From: a virus
Taxonomy: Duplodnaviria; Caudoviricetes
Virus record (IMG/VR): IMGVR_UViG_3300032030_000037
Coordinates: 1 to 64,000 of that record
Reading direction: 5' to 3' (one strand)
Length of the DNA: 64,000 bases
The notes beneath the pieces are model-generated. The model made no database searches. It saw only the letters and a program-made list of their open reading frames with translations, and had not been told where the DNA came from. This document shows, in pieces, positions 37,916 to 47,463 of the stretch (the first letter of the stretch is position 1; each line of letters begins with the position of its first letter). A program made the translations under genes and the position numbers.

Positions 37916-38041
37916 TTAATATTTTTTCATCCAATCAGAGTCTAGTCGCTCTTTGTTTGGATTATACTGTTCCTCTCTATCTCTTTCCTCAAGGGCATTT
38001 TCACGACCTTCAGTGAAAGTTTTTTCTTTTAGTTCGTTCAT
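37916..38041 (-). CDS. 41-aa peptide with KEKTFT motif (below ORF-track cutoff)
   Basis: Manual translation MNELKEKTFTEGRENALEERDREEQYNPNKERLDSDWMKKY*; starts 4 nt after the upstream stop. Confidence 0.55.
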   Translation of the reverse strand: MNELKEKTFTEGRENALEERDREEQYNPNKERLDSDWMKKY

Positions 38042-38045
38042 AATA

Positions 38046-38381
38046 TTATCCTCTCATTGGAATAGGAGTTACGATTTTAGATTTTGATTTGTAGAGACCT
38101 TGATTTTCTGGCTTATTATTCTCTTGTTCAATCTTTTTTGCCTTTATCTGATCGTCTCTTTCCTTATCGTTCTTCTCGTCTTCCTGTTTTTGAAGTTTTT
38201 GCATCATAGTCATCCTCTTTCTAGCCTCTTCAGATCTAAGCTTATCTCTTTGTTTTTGCATTTCCATAGCTTGCTTCTGAAGTTTCATTTGCTGTACCAT
38301 GAGCTCGCTAGAACTAGGTTGCTGATTTCCATTTTGTGCCTGCTCAGCAAACACTTTATCCCTCTTTCTCAATATAACCAT
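38046..38381 (-). CDS. Leader-bearing Q/K/E-rich coiled-coil protein (MVILRKRDKVFA)
   Basis: Start moved from 38423 to ATG 38381. Confidence 0.7.
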   Translation of the reverse strand: MVILRKRDKVFAEQAQNGNQQPSSSELMVQQMKLQKQAMEMQKQRDKLRSEEARKRMTMMQKLQKQEDEKNDKERDDQIKAKKIEQENNKPENQGLYKSKSKIVTPIPMRG

Positions 38382-38625
38382 CTTTTTTATCTTGTTTTTT
38401 CTTCCAGGATATAAGTGATCCACAAATCATAAATAGAACACAAAGAACAGAAACTATAATTAATCCTAGAACATGATGATTTCTAAATATTTCAATCATT
38501 CCTAGAGCAAATACAGTCAAGATAGTACATTTAGCTAAGAAACATGGGATATTCTTAAAAACATCGCTCTTCCGGTCAACTTTGTTTTCGGATTGAGGTG
38601 TTGGAGTTTTATCGTTATCTATCAT
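38356..38625 (-). CDS. Small two-TM membrane protein
   Basis: Two hydrophobic helices and a basic C-terminus. Confidence 0.6.
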   Translation of the reverse strand: MIDNDKTPTPQSENKVDRKSDVFKNIPCFLAKCTILTVFALGMIEIFRNHHVLGLIIVSVLCVLFMICGSLISWKKKQDKKDGYIEKEG

Positions 38626-40352
38626 AGGCCTGGTTTATTTTTCTGTTCTTCAATGATTGGATTAAATATCTGCTCGACGATACTAGAATCCATTCCCTGT
38701 TGTTCAAATTGTGCTTGCATCTTCATCTTTAAGACCTGAAGATAGTTTTCTATAGATTGATCATCGACTATAGCTTCTGTATTCGGGTCTATATCCTTCA
38801 AGAGATTCTGAATATACTCTAAGAATGCCTTTGGATTGATGAATGGCGCAGCAGTATCCAGAGTCTGAAGTGCATTAACCACAATACCAGAGACACCCTG
38901 CACAAGAGAGTTGATAGACTCAGATTGGTTGATCTGATTATTATATTCAACACTAGTCTTCTCTGATATATGAAGCTTGACCTGGCTTGGATCTAGTTCT
39001 TCGTTGTATAGAATTCTATAAAGAGTACATACAAGATTAGTTACAGAGTCTTTAATTCCTGCCATATATGTTGCTACTCTAGAATTGGCACGCTCGGATT
39101 GTTGAAGAACCTGCCATTTACTTCCGGATGTTGAATCTAAGATAGTAGATGGCAAACCTAGTGGACCGAGAACATTATTTTTACAGGTCTCGACGGACTG
39201 CATAATATCCAAAAGTTTATCACTAAGTTTATCAAGTGGAAGGAGTGCATTTTTACCTCCAAGCGTTGAATTATAGTCAGGAATAAATTTAGCAGACTGA
39301 GTTAGGGTATTCTCGATGAAAGACACTACATCAAATTGTGATGTAAGGAAGGAGCTTAACTCATTTGTATTATTTGCTAGTTTTGTAGCTCTAGCACATA
39401 ATTCATTTGCTGCTTCAAGGGGAACGGATTTATCTACCTGAAGAAGGAATATTTGTATGGAAGATAAATCTCGTAGGCTAATAAGAGAAACCAGAAGCTC
39501 TTTTACCGCAAGCTCTTTGACTTTTAAGATTAGCGAATAGAATAAGGGCTCGGATGCAGTGTAGGACTCTCGCTGCATTACTTTCTCTCTGTTTTCTTTC
39601 TTCCCTTCTTTTGGCTTTTCCCGGAGTTGCTTTTCTCTTTCTTTCCAATCTTCTCTAAGGTCATTGACGAGTCTGAGATTATTGGAAGCTATATACAGTA
39701 TTTCATTCTGAGGGATTTCATACATACAGTTATCATCACCTCTCGCTAGAAATACCTCTTCCATGTCGCCGTCTTTAGATTTTTTCTTCTTGACGATGAC
39801 AGCAATTGGGTCATAAAGCTCTTCGACTCTGAATCTAGTGTGACCTTGCTCGTCTTTGTAAGATTTGAGCATAGAATAATAGTCACCATAGAAAACATAA
39901 TCTTGTACGTGATCTCTTAAGTAATCAAAAATCCTAATGTCCTTTGTTAGAATTTCATTTATTCGTTCAGTTTTTTGTTCATCAGTACTTCCATCTTCAT
40001 TAAGGACTGTCACCACCTGAGTTCCATTTCCTTCGTCAGCCAGGAAGTTGATGATATAATCTGAAAAGAAGTTCGTCGCAAGTTTTGAAATATCCAAGAG
40101 CTGATATCCACGAAGCTCACCGATTTTATCGAGATAAGACGACATTAGATTAGAGCTCGAGTAATTTCCCAAGAGCGGCGACTTTCTATCTGCATTAGAA
40201 AAAGGAGAGGAGCTCGAATGGCCGATAGGGTTAAATCCATGTTTTCCTGGGTTTCCATTTCTTACGATATTTGACTTCAATGGTATTAATCCTTTCTTTC
40301 CAAAACTAGCTCCAAACAATTTTTCAATTAAATTACTGTCGTTTCTTTTCAT
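38622..40352 (-). CDS. Portal protein (gp20-like)
   Basis: 576 aa; first gene of the head operon; DYVFYGDYY, LGPLGLP..IL, and C-terminal helical pattern. Confidence 0.7.
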   Translation of the reverse strand: MKRNDSNLIEKLFGASFGKKGLIPLKSNIVRNGNPGKHGFNPIGHSSSSPFSNADRKSPLLGNYSSSNLMSSYLDKIGELRGYQLLDISKLATNFFSDYIINFLADEGNGTQVVTVLNEDGSTDEQKTERINEILTKDIRIFDYLRDHVQDYVFYGDYYSMLKSYKDEQGHTRFRVEELYDPIAVIVKKKKSKDGDMEEVFLARGDDNCMYEIPQNEILYIASNNLRLVNDLREDWKEREKQLREKPKEGKKENREKVMQRESYTASEPLFYSLILKVKELAVKELLVSLISLRDLSSIQIFLLQVDKSVPLEAANELCARATKLANNTNELSSFLTSQFDVVSFIENTLTQSAKFIPDYNSTLGGKNALLPLDKLSDKLLDIMQSVETCKNNVLGPLGLPSTILDSTSGSKWQVLQQSERANSRVATYMAGIKDSVTNLVCTLYRILYNEELDPSQVKLHISEKTSVEYNNQINQSESINSLVQGVSGIVVNALQTLDTAAPFINPKAFLEYIQNLLKDIDPNTEAIVDDQSIENYLQVLKMKMQAQFEQQGMDSSIVEQIFNPIIEEQKNKPGL

Positions 40353-40419
40353 AAATATCTCGATTCAAAATTAAAGATAAAGATAATTTCACTTAAATAC
40401 TCTAGAACAATTATCTTTA

Positions 40420-40509
40420 TCATATATAAGGCTTTTTAAGAAAAATTGCTCAAAAAGTGGGGGAAATGGAGCGATTTTTGTATTTTTTGCCCCAAAACCT
40501 TAAAAATGA
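40420..40509. promoter_or_regulatory. Divergent promoter region with CCTTA-N4-TGA on both strands
   Basis: Minus strand CCTTATATATGA at 40420-40431; plus strand CCTTAAAAATGA at 40498-40509; 44 bp nearly identical to 60540-60583. Confidence 0.65.
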
Positions 40510-40531
40510 ATGAAAAACATTAAAAATTACA

Positions 40532-40954
40532 ATGAAAAAGAAAGAAGTTAGTAGAATTAGCCATCGAGCTGATAAAATACGAGTAGGTTCGCTGGTAAGA
40601 TGGCCTGAATTTCCTGACAGGCTTTATTACGTTAAGGAAATGCCAATCTGGTTTTGCGGCAATTCAGAGTGTGCAAAACTAGAGACGATAGATCATAAGC
40701 ATGTGGCTATCGTTGGTATAGATAATTTGATTCTTGATGATGTTGACTATGATGAAGTTACATATATCAGTTATTCAAAATATTATATGAAAAAGACTCT
40801 CTATTACATTCTACTTCCGCTCCTCTTCGTTTTTGGTCTTCCATTTATGATTATAGATAAAGAAGGCTGGAACGCTTTCGGTAGAAAAGTTGATAAATTC
40901 TTTGGTGTTGAATCTAAACATTCTAAGAACTATGCCTCCACTGACAATAGGTGA
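40532..40954 (+). CDS. Hypothetical protein with C-terminal hydrophobic segment
   Basis: ORF track. Confidence 0.6.
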   Translation: MKKKEVSRISHRADKIRVGSLVRWPEFPDRLYYVKEMPIWFCGNSECAKLETIDHKHVAIVGIDNLILDDVDYDEVTYISYSKYYMKKTLYYILLPLLFVFGLPFMIIDKEGWNAFGRKVDKFFGVESKHSKNYASTDNR

Positions 40955-41120
40955 GATTGAGAACACCAAGAAACTTGAGAAGGCATCTAAAACTTTTAAG
41001 GATTCTGTAGATAAGTTGATTAAACTTGAAGCAATGAAAGCCACAAACCAAGAGAGGCTTTCTAGAGGTGAGGCTCTGGCTTATGGTGAGGATGCATTTC
41101 TTAAGCTCTTAGAAGAATAG
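40932..41120 (+). CDS. Hypothetical protein
   Basis: ORF track 40890..41120; ATG start at 40932 more likely. Confidence 0.6.
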   Translation: MPPLTIGEIENTKKLEKASKTFKDSVDKLIKLEAMKATNQERLSRGEALAYGEDAFLKLLEE

Positions 41121-41123
41121 GAT

Positions 41124-41471
41124 ATGGAAAAGATAATTTATACAGCTGAATTAATAGGAGACCTTAACCTATTTCTTAATATAATCATGACTATCGGATG
41201 GGTAGTCTTTGTGATATATTTTTGTGCATCCGGAGAAAGTGGCAGTCTTGAATATCCTAAAACTCGGAAGCAGCTGGGAATACTTTTCTGTATTGCCATG
41301 ACACTAACCCTTGCAGTTGTCTTTATTCCCAGCAAAAGAACATATCTTCGAATGCACGCCGCTGAAGTTATAGAAGAATACCAAGAAAATAACTATTGGA
41401 AGAAAGCGCTTCCAGAAAGTACAGTTCAGATTATAAACGAATGGGTAAAAGAAAATGAGCAAAGCAAATAA
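41124..41471 (+). CDS. Two-TM membrane protein
   Basis: Two TM helices then FIPSK.T motif. Confidence 0.7.
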   Translation: MEKIIYTAELIGDLNLFLNIIMTIGWVVFVIYFCASGESGSLEYPKTRKQLGILFCIAMTLTLAVVFIPSKRTYLRMHAAEVIEEYQENNYWKKALPESTVQIINEWVKENEQSK

Positions 41472-42225
41472 ACCAATCTTAGCCGTCTATAGTGGAAGTT
41501 TCAATCCTTTCCACCTTGGCCACTTAGATATAATTCAAGAACTACATAAAAATCCTTGGGTTTCTAAAATTATGGTGGTAGTAAGTCCTCAAAATCCGGG
41601 AAAATCGCCCTCCATATATATCCAAACTCCGACGGAAAGATTAGAGGCGGTTCAGGATGCAGTCTGGAAATATAAACTCTCTGACAAAGTTATAGTCAGT
41701 GATATTGAATTTTCCCGGACACCGCCTATCTGGACCGTCGATACCTTAAGAGAAATACGGGCGAAGTATCCGGATTACAAAGTCGTCTACGTTTCTGGTA
41801 TAGACTGTCTTGATAAAATTCGAAGATGGAGAAATGGAGAGGAAATACTTTGTGATTTTGGAATGATTGTTTTCCCAAGAGAGGGCTATGATACAGGAAA
41901 GATAATAAACGATACTTATAAAAAACATCCAAAAGCAATCCTAATGTTAGCGGTAAAGGCGCCTATGGAAGTATCGTCAACGGAGATACGAAGAAGAATG
42001 ACTGCTGGTGAAGACTATAGTTCCTTAGTTCCGGAAAAATTAACAGAAGAAGAAAAAGAAGAAATTCTTAAAAATCTTGTGGTTTCTGATGACTCTGACA
42101 TTATTAAAAATAAGTCTGAGTTAAATGACCCCGACTCTGTGAAAGCAACTGTAGATATTAACAAAAAGATGACTAGCCTAGAGCAGAAGGCAAAGCAGAG
42201 AAAGGGAAAGCTTACAGAACAATAA
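41455..42225 (+). CDS. nadD: Nicotinate/nicotinamide-nucleotide adenylyltransferase
   Basis: GSFNPFHLGH (HxGH), VSPQNP, SDIEF...TVDTL, G.D, W, SSTEIR motifs. Confidence 0.85.
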   Translation: MSKANKPILAVYSGSFNPFHLGHLDIIQELHKNPWVSKIMVVVSPQNPGKSPSIYIQTPTERLEAVQDAVWKYKLSDKVIVSDIEFSRTPPIWTVDTLREIRAKYPDYKVVYVSGIDCLDKIRRWRNGEEILCDFGMIVFPREGYDTGKIINDTYKKHPKAILMLAVKAPMEVSSTEIRRRMTAGEDYSSLVPEKLTEEEKEEILKNLVVSDDSDIIKNKSELNDPDSVKATVDINKKMTSLEQKAKQRKGKLTEQ

Positions 42226-42226
42226 T

Positions 42227-42439
42227 ATGAAAGTAGATGAGTTTATAAAGAGGCATCTGTGGCCATTAGTCGATTCCTATATAGCCTGGAAATACTATGG
42301 TGGAGAGGAAATAGAAACTACAAAGGTCATGGAGAAAGCACGAGAACTAGATAAGATTCTAAAAAATGATGAAGAATCTACAGAATCTAGTATTGAACAA
42401 GCTAAATTTATTATTAGAAATATATTTAAAAATCTATGA
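42227..42439 (+). CDS. Hypothetical protein
   Basis: ORF track; operon packing. Confidence 0.65.
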   Translation: MKVDEFIKRHLWPLVDSYIAWKYYGGEEIETTKVMEKARELDKILKNDEESTESSIEQAKFIIRNIFKNL

Positions 42440-42822
42440 CAGAGGATTACGTCAGCTTTGAGACTGCTAAACTCCTGAAAGAGAAGGGGTTTGATGAAGA
42501 TACATCTGTCAACTATTTCGTTGGTGATGATAAGCCGCGTGGATGCGTGGTAGGCGAAATGATTTACCACAAAAAGTCTGAAAGTGATACACATCTCATT
42601 GCTTGTCCAACTCTTCAAACAGCAATGAAATGGCTAAGGAAAAAGAAAGGTATCGCCATCATACCTATCATTAGTAGTATCCTCGATAATGAGAGGTTTC
42701 TTTGGGACATCAAGATTGTTGTTGCAAAAACCAATGAAACATATTCTCAAGGGTGGATTTACGAAGAGCCCGAGGAAGCCTATGAGACAGCCATTAAATA
42801 TGCACTTGAAAATTTGATATAG
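42436..42822 (+). CDS. Phage hypothetical protein (EDYVSFETAKLLKEKGF type)
   Basis: N-terminal motif plus PTLQ.AMKWLR, a pattern I recognise from Bacteroidota phages. Confidence 0.75.
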   Translation: MTEDYVSFETAKLLKEKGFDEDTSVNYFVGDDKPRGCVVGEMIYHKKSESDTHLIACPTLQTAMKWLRKKKGIAIIPIISSILDNERFLWDIKIVVAKTNETYSQGWIYEEPEEAYETAIKYALENLI

Positions 42823-42824
42823 AT

Positions 42825-43112
42825 ATGCCAGTCTACGAAATAGTCAGTATCGTTGTGATTATTATAGGCCTTATAGCGCTTATTGTTTATGAGCTCTTTT
42901 ATGACTCCCCTAAAGATAAATGGGTAGCAGTAATTCTTATTGTCCTTACTATTTCAATGATTGGAATTTTAGCAGGAGAGAATAGTCAAACTAAATATGC
43001 TCCAAAAGAATTTCCAGCCAAAGAATATGACTTAGGGTATAAAGTTATAGAAGAAGGTAGTCAGAGAGATACTATCTATACGCTAACTAGAAAGAGAGAA
43101 AATAATGTCTGA
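42825..43112 (+). CDS. Two-TM protein, paralog of 44153..44446
   Basis: Shared PK.F.AKEY.L...DT.Y..T C-terminus. Confidence 0.7.
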   Translation: MPVYEIVSIVVIIIGLIALIVYELFYDSPKDKWVAVILIVLTISMIGILAGENSQTKYAPKEFPAKEYDLGYKVIEEGSQRDTIYTLTRKRENNV

Positions 43113-43299
43113 CGAAATTAGGAAAGCTGTCGAAGAACTAGATGCACTAATTATAGAACAAAAGTCTTTAATACATCAGGCCTGGGAAGAAGGAGATTGG
43201 CAAAGATATAATGAGCTATCTTCTTATCAGAATGGCCTTAAGAAAGCAAGGAAGATACTGTGTCCTGGGAGTTCTGATTTTATACCTCCTCTTAAATAA
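43105..43299 (+). CDS. Hypothetical protein
   Basis: ORF track. Confidence 0.6.
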   Translation: MSDEIRKAVEELDALIIEQKSLIHQAWEEGDWQRYNELSSYQNGLKKARKILCPGSSDFIPPLK

Positions 43300-43544
43300 T
43301 GAAATTTTCTGATATCGCTGAGTTCCTACGAAAACACGGCTATACAGAAAAAGAAACACTACCGCATCATCGAGTCTTCTATGAGTTTGGGACAATGGAT
43401 TTTCTTATTTCTAACGTTGCAAAGAAATATGAAATGGACTACTTTGATGGTGAAGTGGAAAAAGTTATTATGACACAGTATTGGTTCGGGACAACAGAGT
43501 TTAAGACCATATTAACCTTAGACGAACTTTATAATAGCTTATAG
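43299..43544 (+). CDS. Hypothetical protein
   Basis: ORF track. Confidence 0.6.
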   Translation: MKFSDIAEFLRKHGYTEKETLPHHRVFYEFGTMDFLISNVAKKYEMDYFDGEVEKVIMTQYWFGTTEFKTILTLDELYNSL

Positions 43545-43546
43545 GG

Positions 43547-43903
43547 ATGGCATTTAAATTTATTATAATAGCACCGAGAGAATCCTTTAGTCATTTTGAA
43601 CCAGAAGGAAGATTAAGATTTGGAAACGTGTGCTATCATAAAGACCTCCTAGGAACAGGGAATTATGTCTTTGGCGGAGGAGATTTTATGATAGATGATG
43701 AAACTATGACTGTCAAACTCTCTGGAAATAGCGGAGACTTTGGATATCCTCAACTTGATGGTGAGATGTGGGATTGGAAGAAACTCTACGTCGACGAAGA
43801 GTGGTCTGAAGATGGTGGATACAAATTCATTTATCAAGATCCATACTACAATAATGGAAAAGCAATAGACCTAACTCCACTAATCGAATATAAAGATGAG
43901 TGA
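43547..43903 (+). CDS. Hypothetical protein
   Basis: ORF track. Confidence 0.65.
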   Translation: MAFKFIIIAPRESFSHFEPEGRLRFGNVCYHKDLLGTGNYVFGGGDFMIDDETMTVKLSGNSGDFGYPQLDGEMWDWKKLYVDEEWSEDGGYKFIYQDPYYNNGKAIDLTPLIEYKDE

Positions 43904-44105
43904 TTTTTATATAGGCTCGGGAGATTTCTTTGGCGAAAACGGGCCAAATGAAAAGTTTAATAAAGAAATAGTCCCGGAACTCCTTAAGATGGGAATAAAA
44001 GAAAAAGATCTTAAAGAAGTAGCTAGGATGTTTACAGAAATCTATGATATTGGATATTCTAATGGGGCTGATAATGAAGCTGGGGCAAGGTCTGAATATC
44101 CATAA
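43896..44105 (+). CDS. Hypothetical protein
   Basis: ORF track. Confidence 0.6.
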   Translation: MSDFYIGSGDFFGENGPNEKFNKEIVPELLKMGIKEKDLKEVARMFTEIYDIGYSNGADNEAGARSEYP

Positions 44106-44108
44106 AAC

Positions 44109-44147
44109 AAAAAGAAGGACTACGGTATCCTTCTTTATTTTTTTTAT
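44109..44147. terminator. Bidirectional terminator between convergent operons
   Basis: aaagaagga-ctacggta-tccttcttt with A/T runs on both sides. Confidence 0.7.
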
Positions 44148-44152
44148 TTCAG

Positions 44153-44446
44153 CTATTGAACAATTTTTGTAATTATATAAGTCGTATCATTATCCTTAAT
44201 GACAGTCTCTAGTGTGTATTCTTTGGCTTGGAATACTTTTGGCCTCATCTCTACTTGTCTTTCTTTTTCGCCAATAATTAAACCAATTGATACGGCTATA
44301 ATGACAACTCCAACGACAACTAGAAAGGTGTTTAATCTCTCGCCGCCCCTGGCTTTAGCACTTCTAAATATGCCAATACCCATCATCGCCCATCCAATAA
44401 CAAACAAAACGAGCGAAATTATAATTACCATAGTAAACTTAATCAT
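44153..44446 (-). CDS. Two-TM protein
   Basis: ORF track; paralog of 42825..43112. Confidence 0.7.
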   Translation of the reverse strand: MIKFTMVIIISLVLFVIGWAMMGIGIFRSAKARGGERLNTFLVVVGVVIIAVSIGLIIGEKERQVEMRPKVFQAKEYTLETVIKDNDTTYIITKIVQ

Positions 44447-44919
44447 AATCTATCTAATTTTATATACATCTCTTTTGGTGCTTCTAACGCTAGGCCTTTT
44501 TCAATCAGGCCTTGATAGTCGAAATGATGTTTATTAAGCCAGTTGATAAGATATAGATAATCCTTTAAACTACACTCTGTATCATTGTCCCACCATCCCT
44601 CCATATGATAACGTATTGTTATACTACCAAAATCTGAGAAGTTATAAGATTTATTAATTTCTTTTCTCTCCTCTTCTGTCATAGATGATAGTGGACGAAG
44701 AAATGGCTTGACTTCAGATAAAAGACATGACCAATCTCTTATACGACCATTTTCATCGTAGGTAAATTCAACGGTTTCCTCCGTAATTGTATCTATAGTA
44801 GCAATACAGTCACATTCCCTATGATTACAGTCTTCTTCCTTATGGTATGGAAATTTAATTCCATACGGAAATTTAAAACAAAGGTCTATAAATAGCAGCT
44901 CTTTGTCTTCCTGTGTCAT
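44443..44919 (-). CDS. Paralog family member 1 (LL.DL...PYG / KPYLRP.SSMTEEE / HFD..GLI..GLA)
   Basis: Conserved motifs shared by four genes. Confidence 0.8.
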   Translation of the reverse strand: MTQEDKELLFIDLCFKFPYGIKFPYHKEEDCNHRECDCIATIDTITEETVEFTYDENGRIRDWSCLLSEVKPFLRPLSSMTEEERKEINKSYNFSDFGSITIRYHMEGWWDNDTECSLKDYLYLINWLNKHHFDYQGLIEKGLALEAPKEMYIKLDRL

Positions 44920-45122
44920 AATTCTTCTTCTTTTTTACTGTATGAATTGAACGGACATTCTAAACAAGGATATGGAACTACTTCATCCATTACGCTATGT
45001 CCTGGTTTTTTGTCCAATATTTCACAATGAGCAATGTACTTGTCTAATGGCATTGGAAAATCAAGCCAGTAATGCTCGCAAGTCATGCACAAATCTTTCT
45101 CTTGTCGCTCTTCTCGTGTCAT
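44916..45122 (-). CDS. Small Cys-rich protein (possible Zn binding)
   Basis: CxxC...C...CxxC pattern. Confidence 0.6.
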   Translation of the reverse strand: MTREERQEKDLCMTCEHYWLDFPMPLDKYIAHCEILDKKPGHSVMDEVVPYPCLECPFNSYSKKEEEL

Positions 45123-45126
45123 ATTT

Positions 45127-45339
45127 TTAATCTTCGAAATCGTCTAAATATACAAAATCACCGTCAAGCCTATCAGGACCGTTGCCGTCATATTCAATAT
45201 GCCAGACAACAACGCACGGATATTTTTCCGGTTCAAACCAAAAATCAGATTCCACATTACCATGCCCTGGAATGTAACCGGTATTATAGTTCACGAAAGA
45301 ATCAAAATCTTCCTTACTTTTGAGTAGTGTTTTATTCAT
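45127..45339 (-). CDS. Hypothetical protein
   Basis: ORF track. Confidence 0.6.
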   Translation of the reverse strand: MNKTLLKSKEDFDSFVNYNTGYIPGHGNVESDFWFEPEKYPCVVVWHIEYDGNGPDRLDGDFVYLDDFED

Positions 45340-45342
45340 AAT

Positions 45343-45765
45343 CTATTCAGTTTTATACATTCCTTCTGGTGCCTCGAGAGCGAGACCCATAGGAATCAAG
45401 CCACGGAAATCAAAATGGTTTGCAAGGAGCCAATCAATGACAGCGGAAAAATCTTCTACATAAACAAACATAATAGATTCACCCTCGCTGTTGAGTGTGG
45501 CCCCAAGCATATGCCTGTATATATATTTTTCTTCTTCTGTCATAGAAGACATTGAACGGAGGTAGGGCTTGATGTGTTCCGCAGGGAACTTGAATGCGCC
45601 AGTATCAACTTTTACAATAATTGACTTGTTATCGTTAGGCTCAATACCTAATAGTGTGCAAGTATGATTTTCCCTTATTGCAGAAGTATAAAAGTTTAAC
45701 TTAACTCCATACGGCAATCTTGCACAAAGGTCTTTAAGTAGTAGTTGTTTTTCTTCTTTAGTCAT
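45343..45765 (-). CDS. Paralog family member 2
   Basis: Same motifs as member 1. Confidence 0.8.
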   Translation of the reverse strand: MTKEEKQLLLKDLCARLPYGVKLNFYTSAIRENHTCTLLGIEPNDNKSIIVKVDTGAFKFPAEHIKPYLRSMSSMTEEEKYIYRHMLGATLNSEGESIMFVYVEDFSAVIDWLLANHFDFRGLIPMGLALEAPEGMYKTE

Positions 45766-45768
45766 AAG

Positions 45769-46029
45769 CTAAAATCCTAATATTACTTGAAGATAGTTAT
45801 CAATAAAATGAATTGGAAGTGATGGTGTGCGACCATCCTTGCCGATTGGGTATTTTTTGCCTTCATAAACAATATAGTATCCGTCACTTTCGCTTTCTTT
45901 TACTTTGCAAAGAAAAGCCAATAATGATGGGTCGTGCCGCACAACCCCCAAAAAGCGGTCACTTGGTGAATAAAGAAAAGCTTCAAACTCTCCTGCGTGA
46001 TTATCAAAAGTTAATTCTTCTTCAATCAT
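45769..46029 (-). CDS. Hypothetical protein
   Basis: ORF track. Confidence 0.6.
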   Translation of the reverse strand: MIEEELTFDNHAGEFEAFLYSPSDRFLGVVRHDPSLLAFLCKVKESESDGYYIVYEGKKYPIGKDGRTPSLPIHFIDNYLQVILGF

Positions 46030-46032
46030 AAT

Positions 46033-46458
46033 TTATTCGGTTTTATACATATCTTCTAGTGCCTCGAGAGCCAACCCCATTGGAATCAGCCCTCGGTAGT
46101 CAAAATGATGGGCATTCAACCAATCAATATGACAATATTGCGGAGTAAACTTATTTTCAGGATGAAATGTCCCTGCCTCGAACTGTTCTCTTAACCCGTC
46201 AGCAGTTCTGTCCAAATCTATATCGACTTGCTTATGGTATTCTGTCTTTTCTTCCTCAGTCATACTTGACATTGGACGAAGATATGGGATAATAGTTACA
46301 TCATCATAGTCAAGTATATAGTTATTCAAAGATAAATTTGTGATATATGGCTCCTTTGTTTCATTAAAGTATTTTTCCCCTTCTATTCTTACCATCACCC
46401 CATAAGGTAATCTCCCACAAAGATCAACCAATAAAAGTTGTTTTTCTTCTTGTGTCAT
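46033..46458 (-). CDS. Paralog family member 3
   Basis: Start moved to MTQEEKQ (46458) by paralog alignment. Confidence 0.8.
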   Translation of the reverse strand: MTQEEKQLLLVDLCGRLPYGVMVRIEGEKYFNETKEPYITNLSLNNYILDYDDVTIIPYLRPMSSMTEEEKTEYHKQVDIDLDRTADGLREQFEAGTFHPENKFTPQYCHIDWLNAHHFDYRGLIPMGLALEALEDMYKTE

Positions 46459-46463
46459 ATTAT

Positions 46464-46637
46464 CTAATACAGTGGTTTCCAATTTAACCTATGATTCTTT
46501 TTGATATGTCGATGATACACTCTTAAAGCTTTCATCCATCTTGGCGGTCCAAGTAACCAACCATAGTGATTTGGCTTACCATTTACAGCTTTTTGTAGTT
46601 CTCTAACGATTATCTTCTTAGCTTGTCTAAATTTCAT
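46464..46637 (-). CDS. Small basic protein (MKFRQAKKI..., 57 aa)
   Basis: Manual translation; fills the gap. Confidence 0.55.
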   Translation of the reverse strand: MKFRQAKKIIVRELQKAVNGKPNHYGWLLGPPRWMKALRVYHRHIKKNHRLNWKPLY

Positions 46638-47119
46638 ATCTTATACATTTCAGGTTTGGCCTCAATTGCTAACCCTTTTTCAATAAGATGGTTAATATCA
46701 AAGTGCCTTTCAAGGAGCCACGAAATTGCAAGAAAGGCCTCTTCCATAGAAGTTCCTACATCATAAATATCATTATGAAAGGCTCCATCATAGCATACAC
46801 CAAGTTTTCCAACCTCCCTCTCTTCTTCCTCTGTCATACTCGACATTGGACGAAGATAAGGTTTGATTTTATATTCTTCAATATTAAATCCTCCACATCT
46901 TACATCGTATTGTGCTATCGGCTTATCAAGTTCATCGACAATAATTCTTTCTTCATCTGGAAATATAGCATCTAGAACACCAACAAGAGTTCTTCCATTT
47001 TCATAGGAAAACTGATTAGTGAACTCAGTTCTTTCAGGTTCAGTTACAGATATTTTTACTTTATATGGCAACCTTGCAGATAGGTCCTTCAATAGCAGTT
47101 GTTTTTCTTCTGTAATCAT
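46634..47119 (-). CDS. Paralog family member 4
   Basis: Same motifs as member 1. Confidence 0.8.
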   Translation of the reverse strand: MITEEKQLLLKDLSARLPYKVKISVTEPERTEFTNQFSYENGRTLVGVLDAIFPDEERIIVDELDKPIAQYDVRCGGFNIEEYKIKPYLRPMSSMTEEEEREVGKLGVCYDGAFHNDIYDVGTSMEEAFLAISWLLERHFDINHLIEKGLAIEAKPEMYKI

Positions 47120-47121
47120 AT

Positions 47122-47451
47122 TTATTCATCGACAAAATCTTCCCAATTTCTAGCCTCTTCGTCTGTCATGTTTAGGGAACGCTGTCTAAATGCTTTACAC
47201 AGTTTATCTCTATCCATGTTTTCATAAAAAGAAGATGTCTTCAGCTCTTCTAGTATTTCTTCATATGATGCTGCAGCCAGACAATCATTCGGATGACAGA
47301 TAGATTTATAATCGTTATACTCTTTATAAAGTATCCATTCATAGAAATTATACTCAGGTACAGAGACCCAGTATGCATAGGGTTTGTCATTATAGTACAT
47401 CTGAGAATAGTCAAAATATTCTGGAAATAGTGTTGTTCCTTTTTCTATCAT
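47122..47451 (-). CDS. Hypothetical protein
   Basis: ORF track. Confidence 0.65.
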   Translation of the reverse strand: MIEKGTTLFPEYFDYSQMYYNDKPYAYWVSVPEYNFYEWILYKEYNDYKSICHPNDCLAAASYEEILEELKTSSFYENMDRDKLCKAFRQRSLNMTDEEARNWEDFVDE

Positions 47452-47463
47452 GTCTTTAGAAAT

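Noticed and set aside
2874-38414. Many plus-strand ORFs in the structural module (e.g. 12988..13479, 28517..29230, 35657..36154)
   Set aside because: Fully overlap convincing minus-strand genes; F/L/S-rich composition typical of antisense frames.
38356-38625. Holin call for the small two-TM protein
   Set aside because: Topology is compatible but there is no adjacent endolysin; left as membrane protein.
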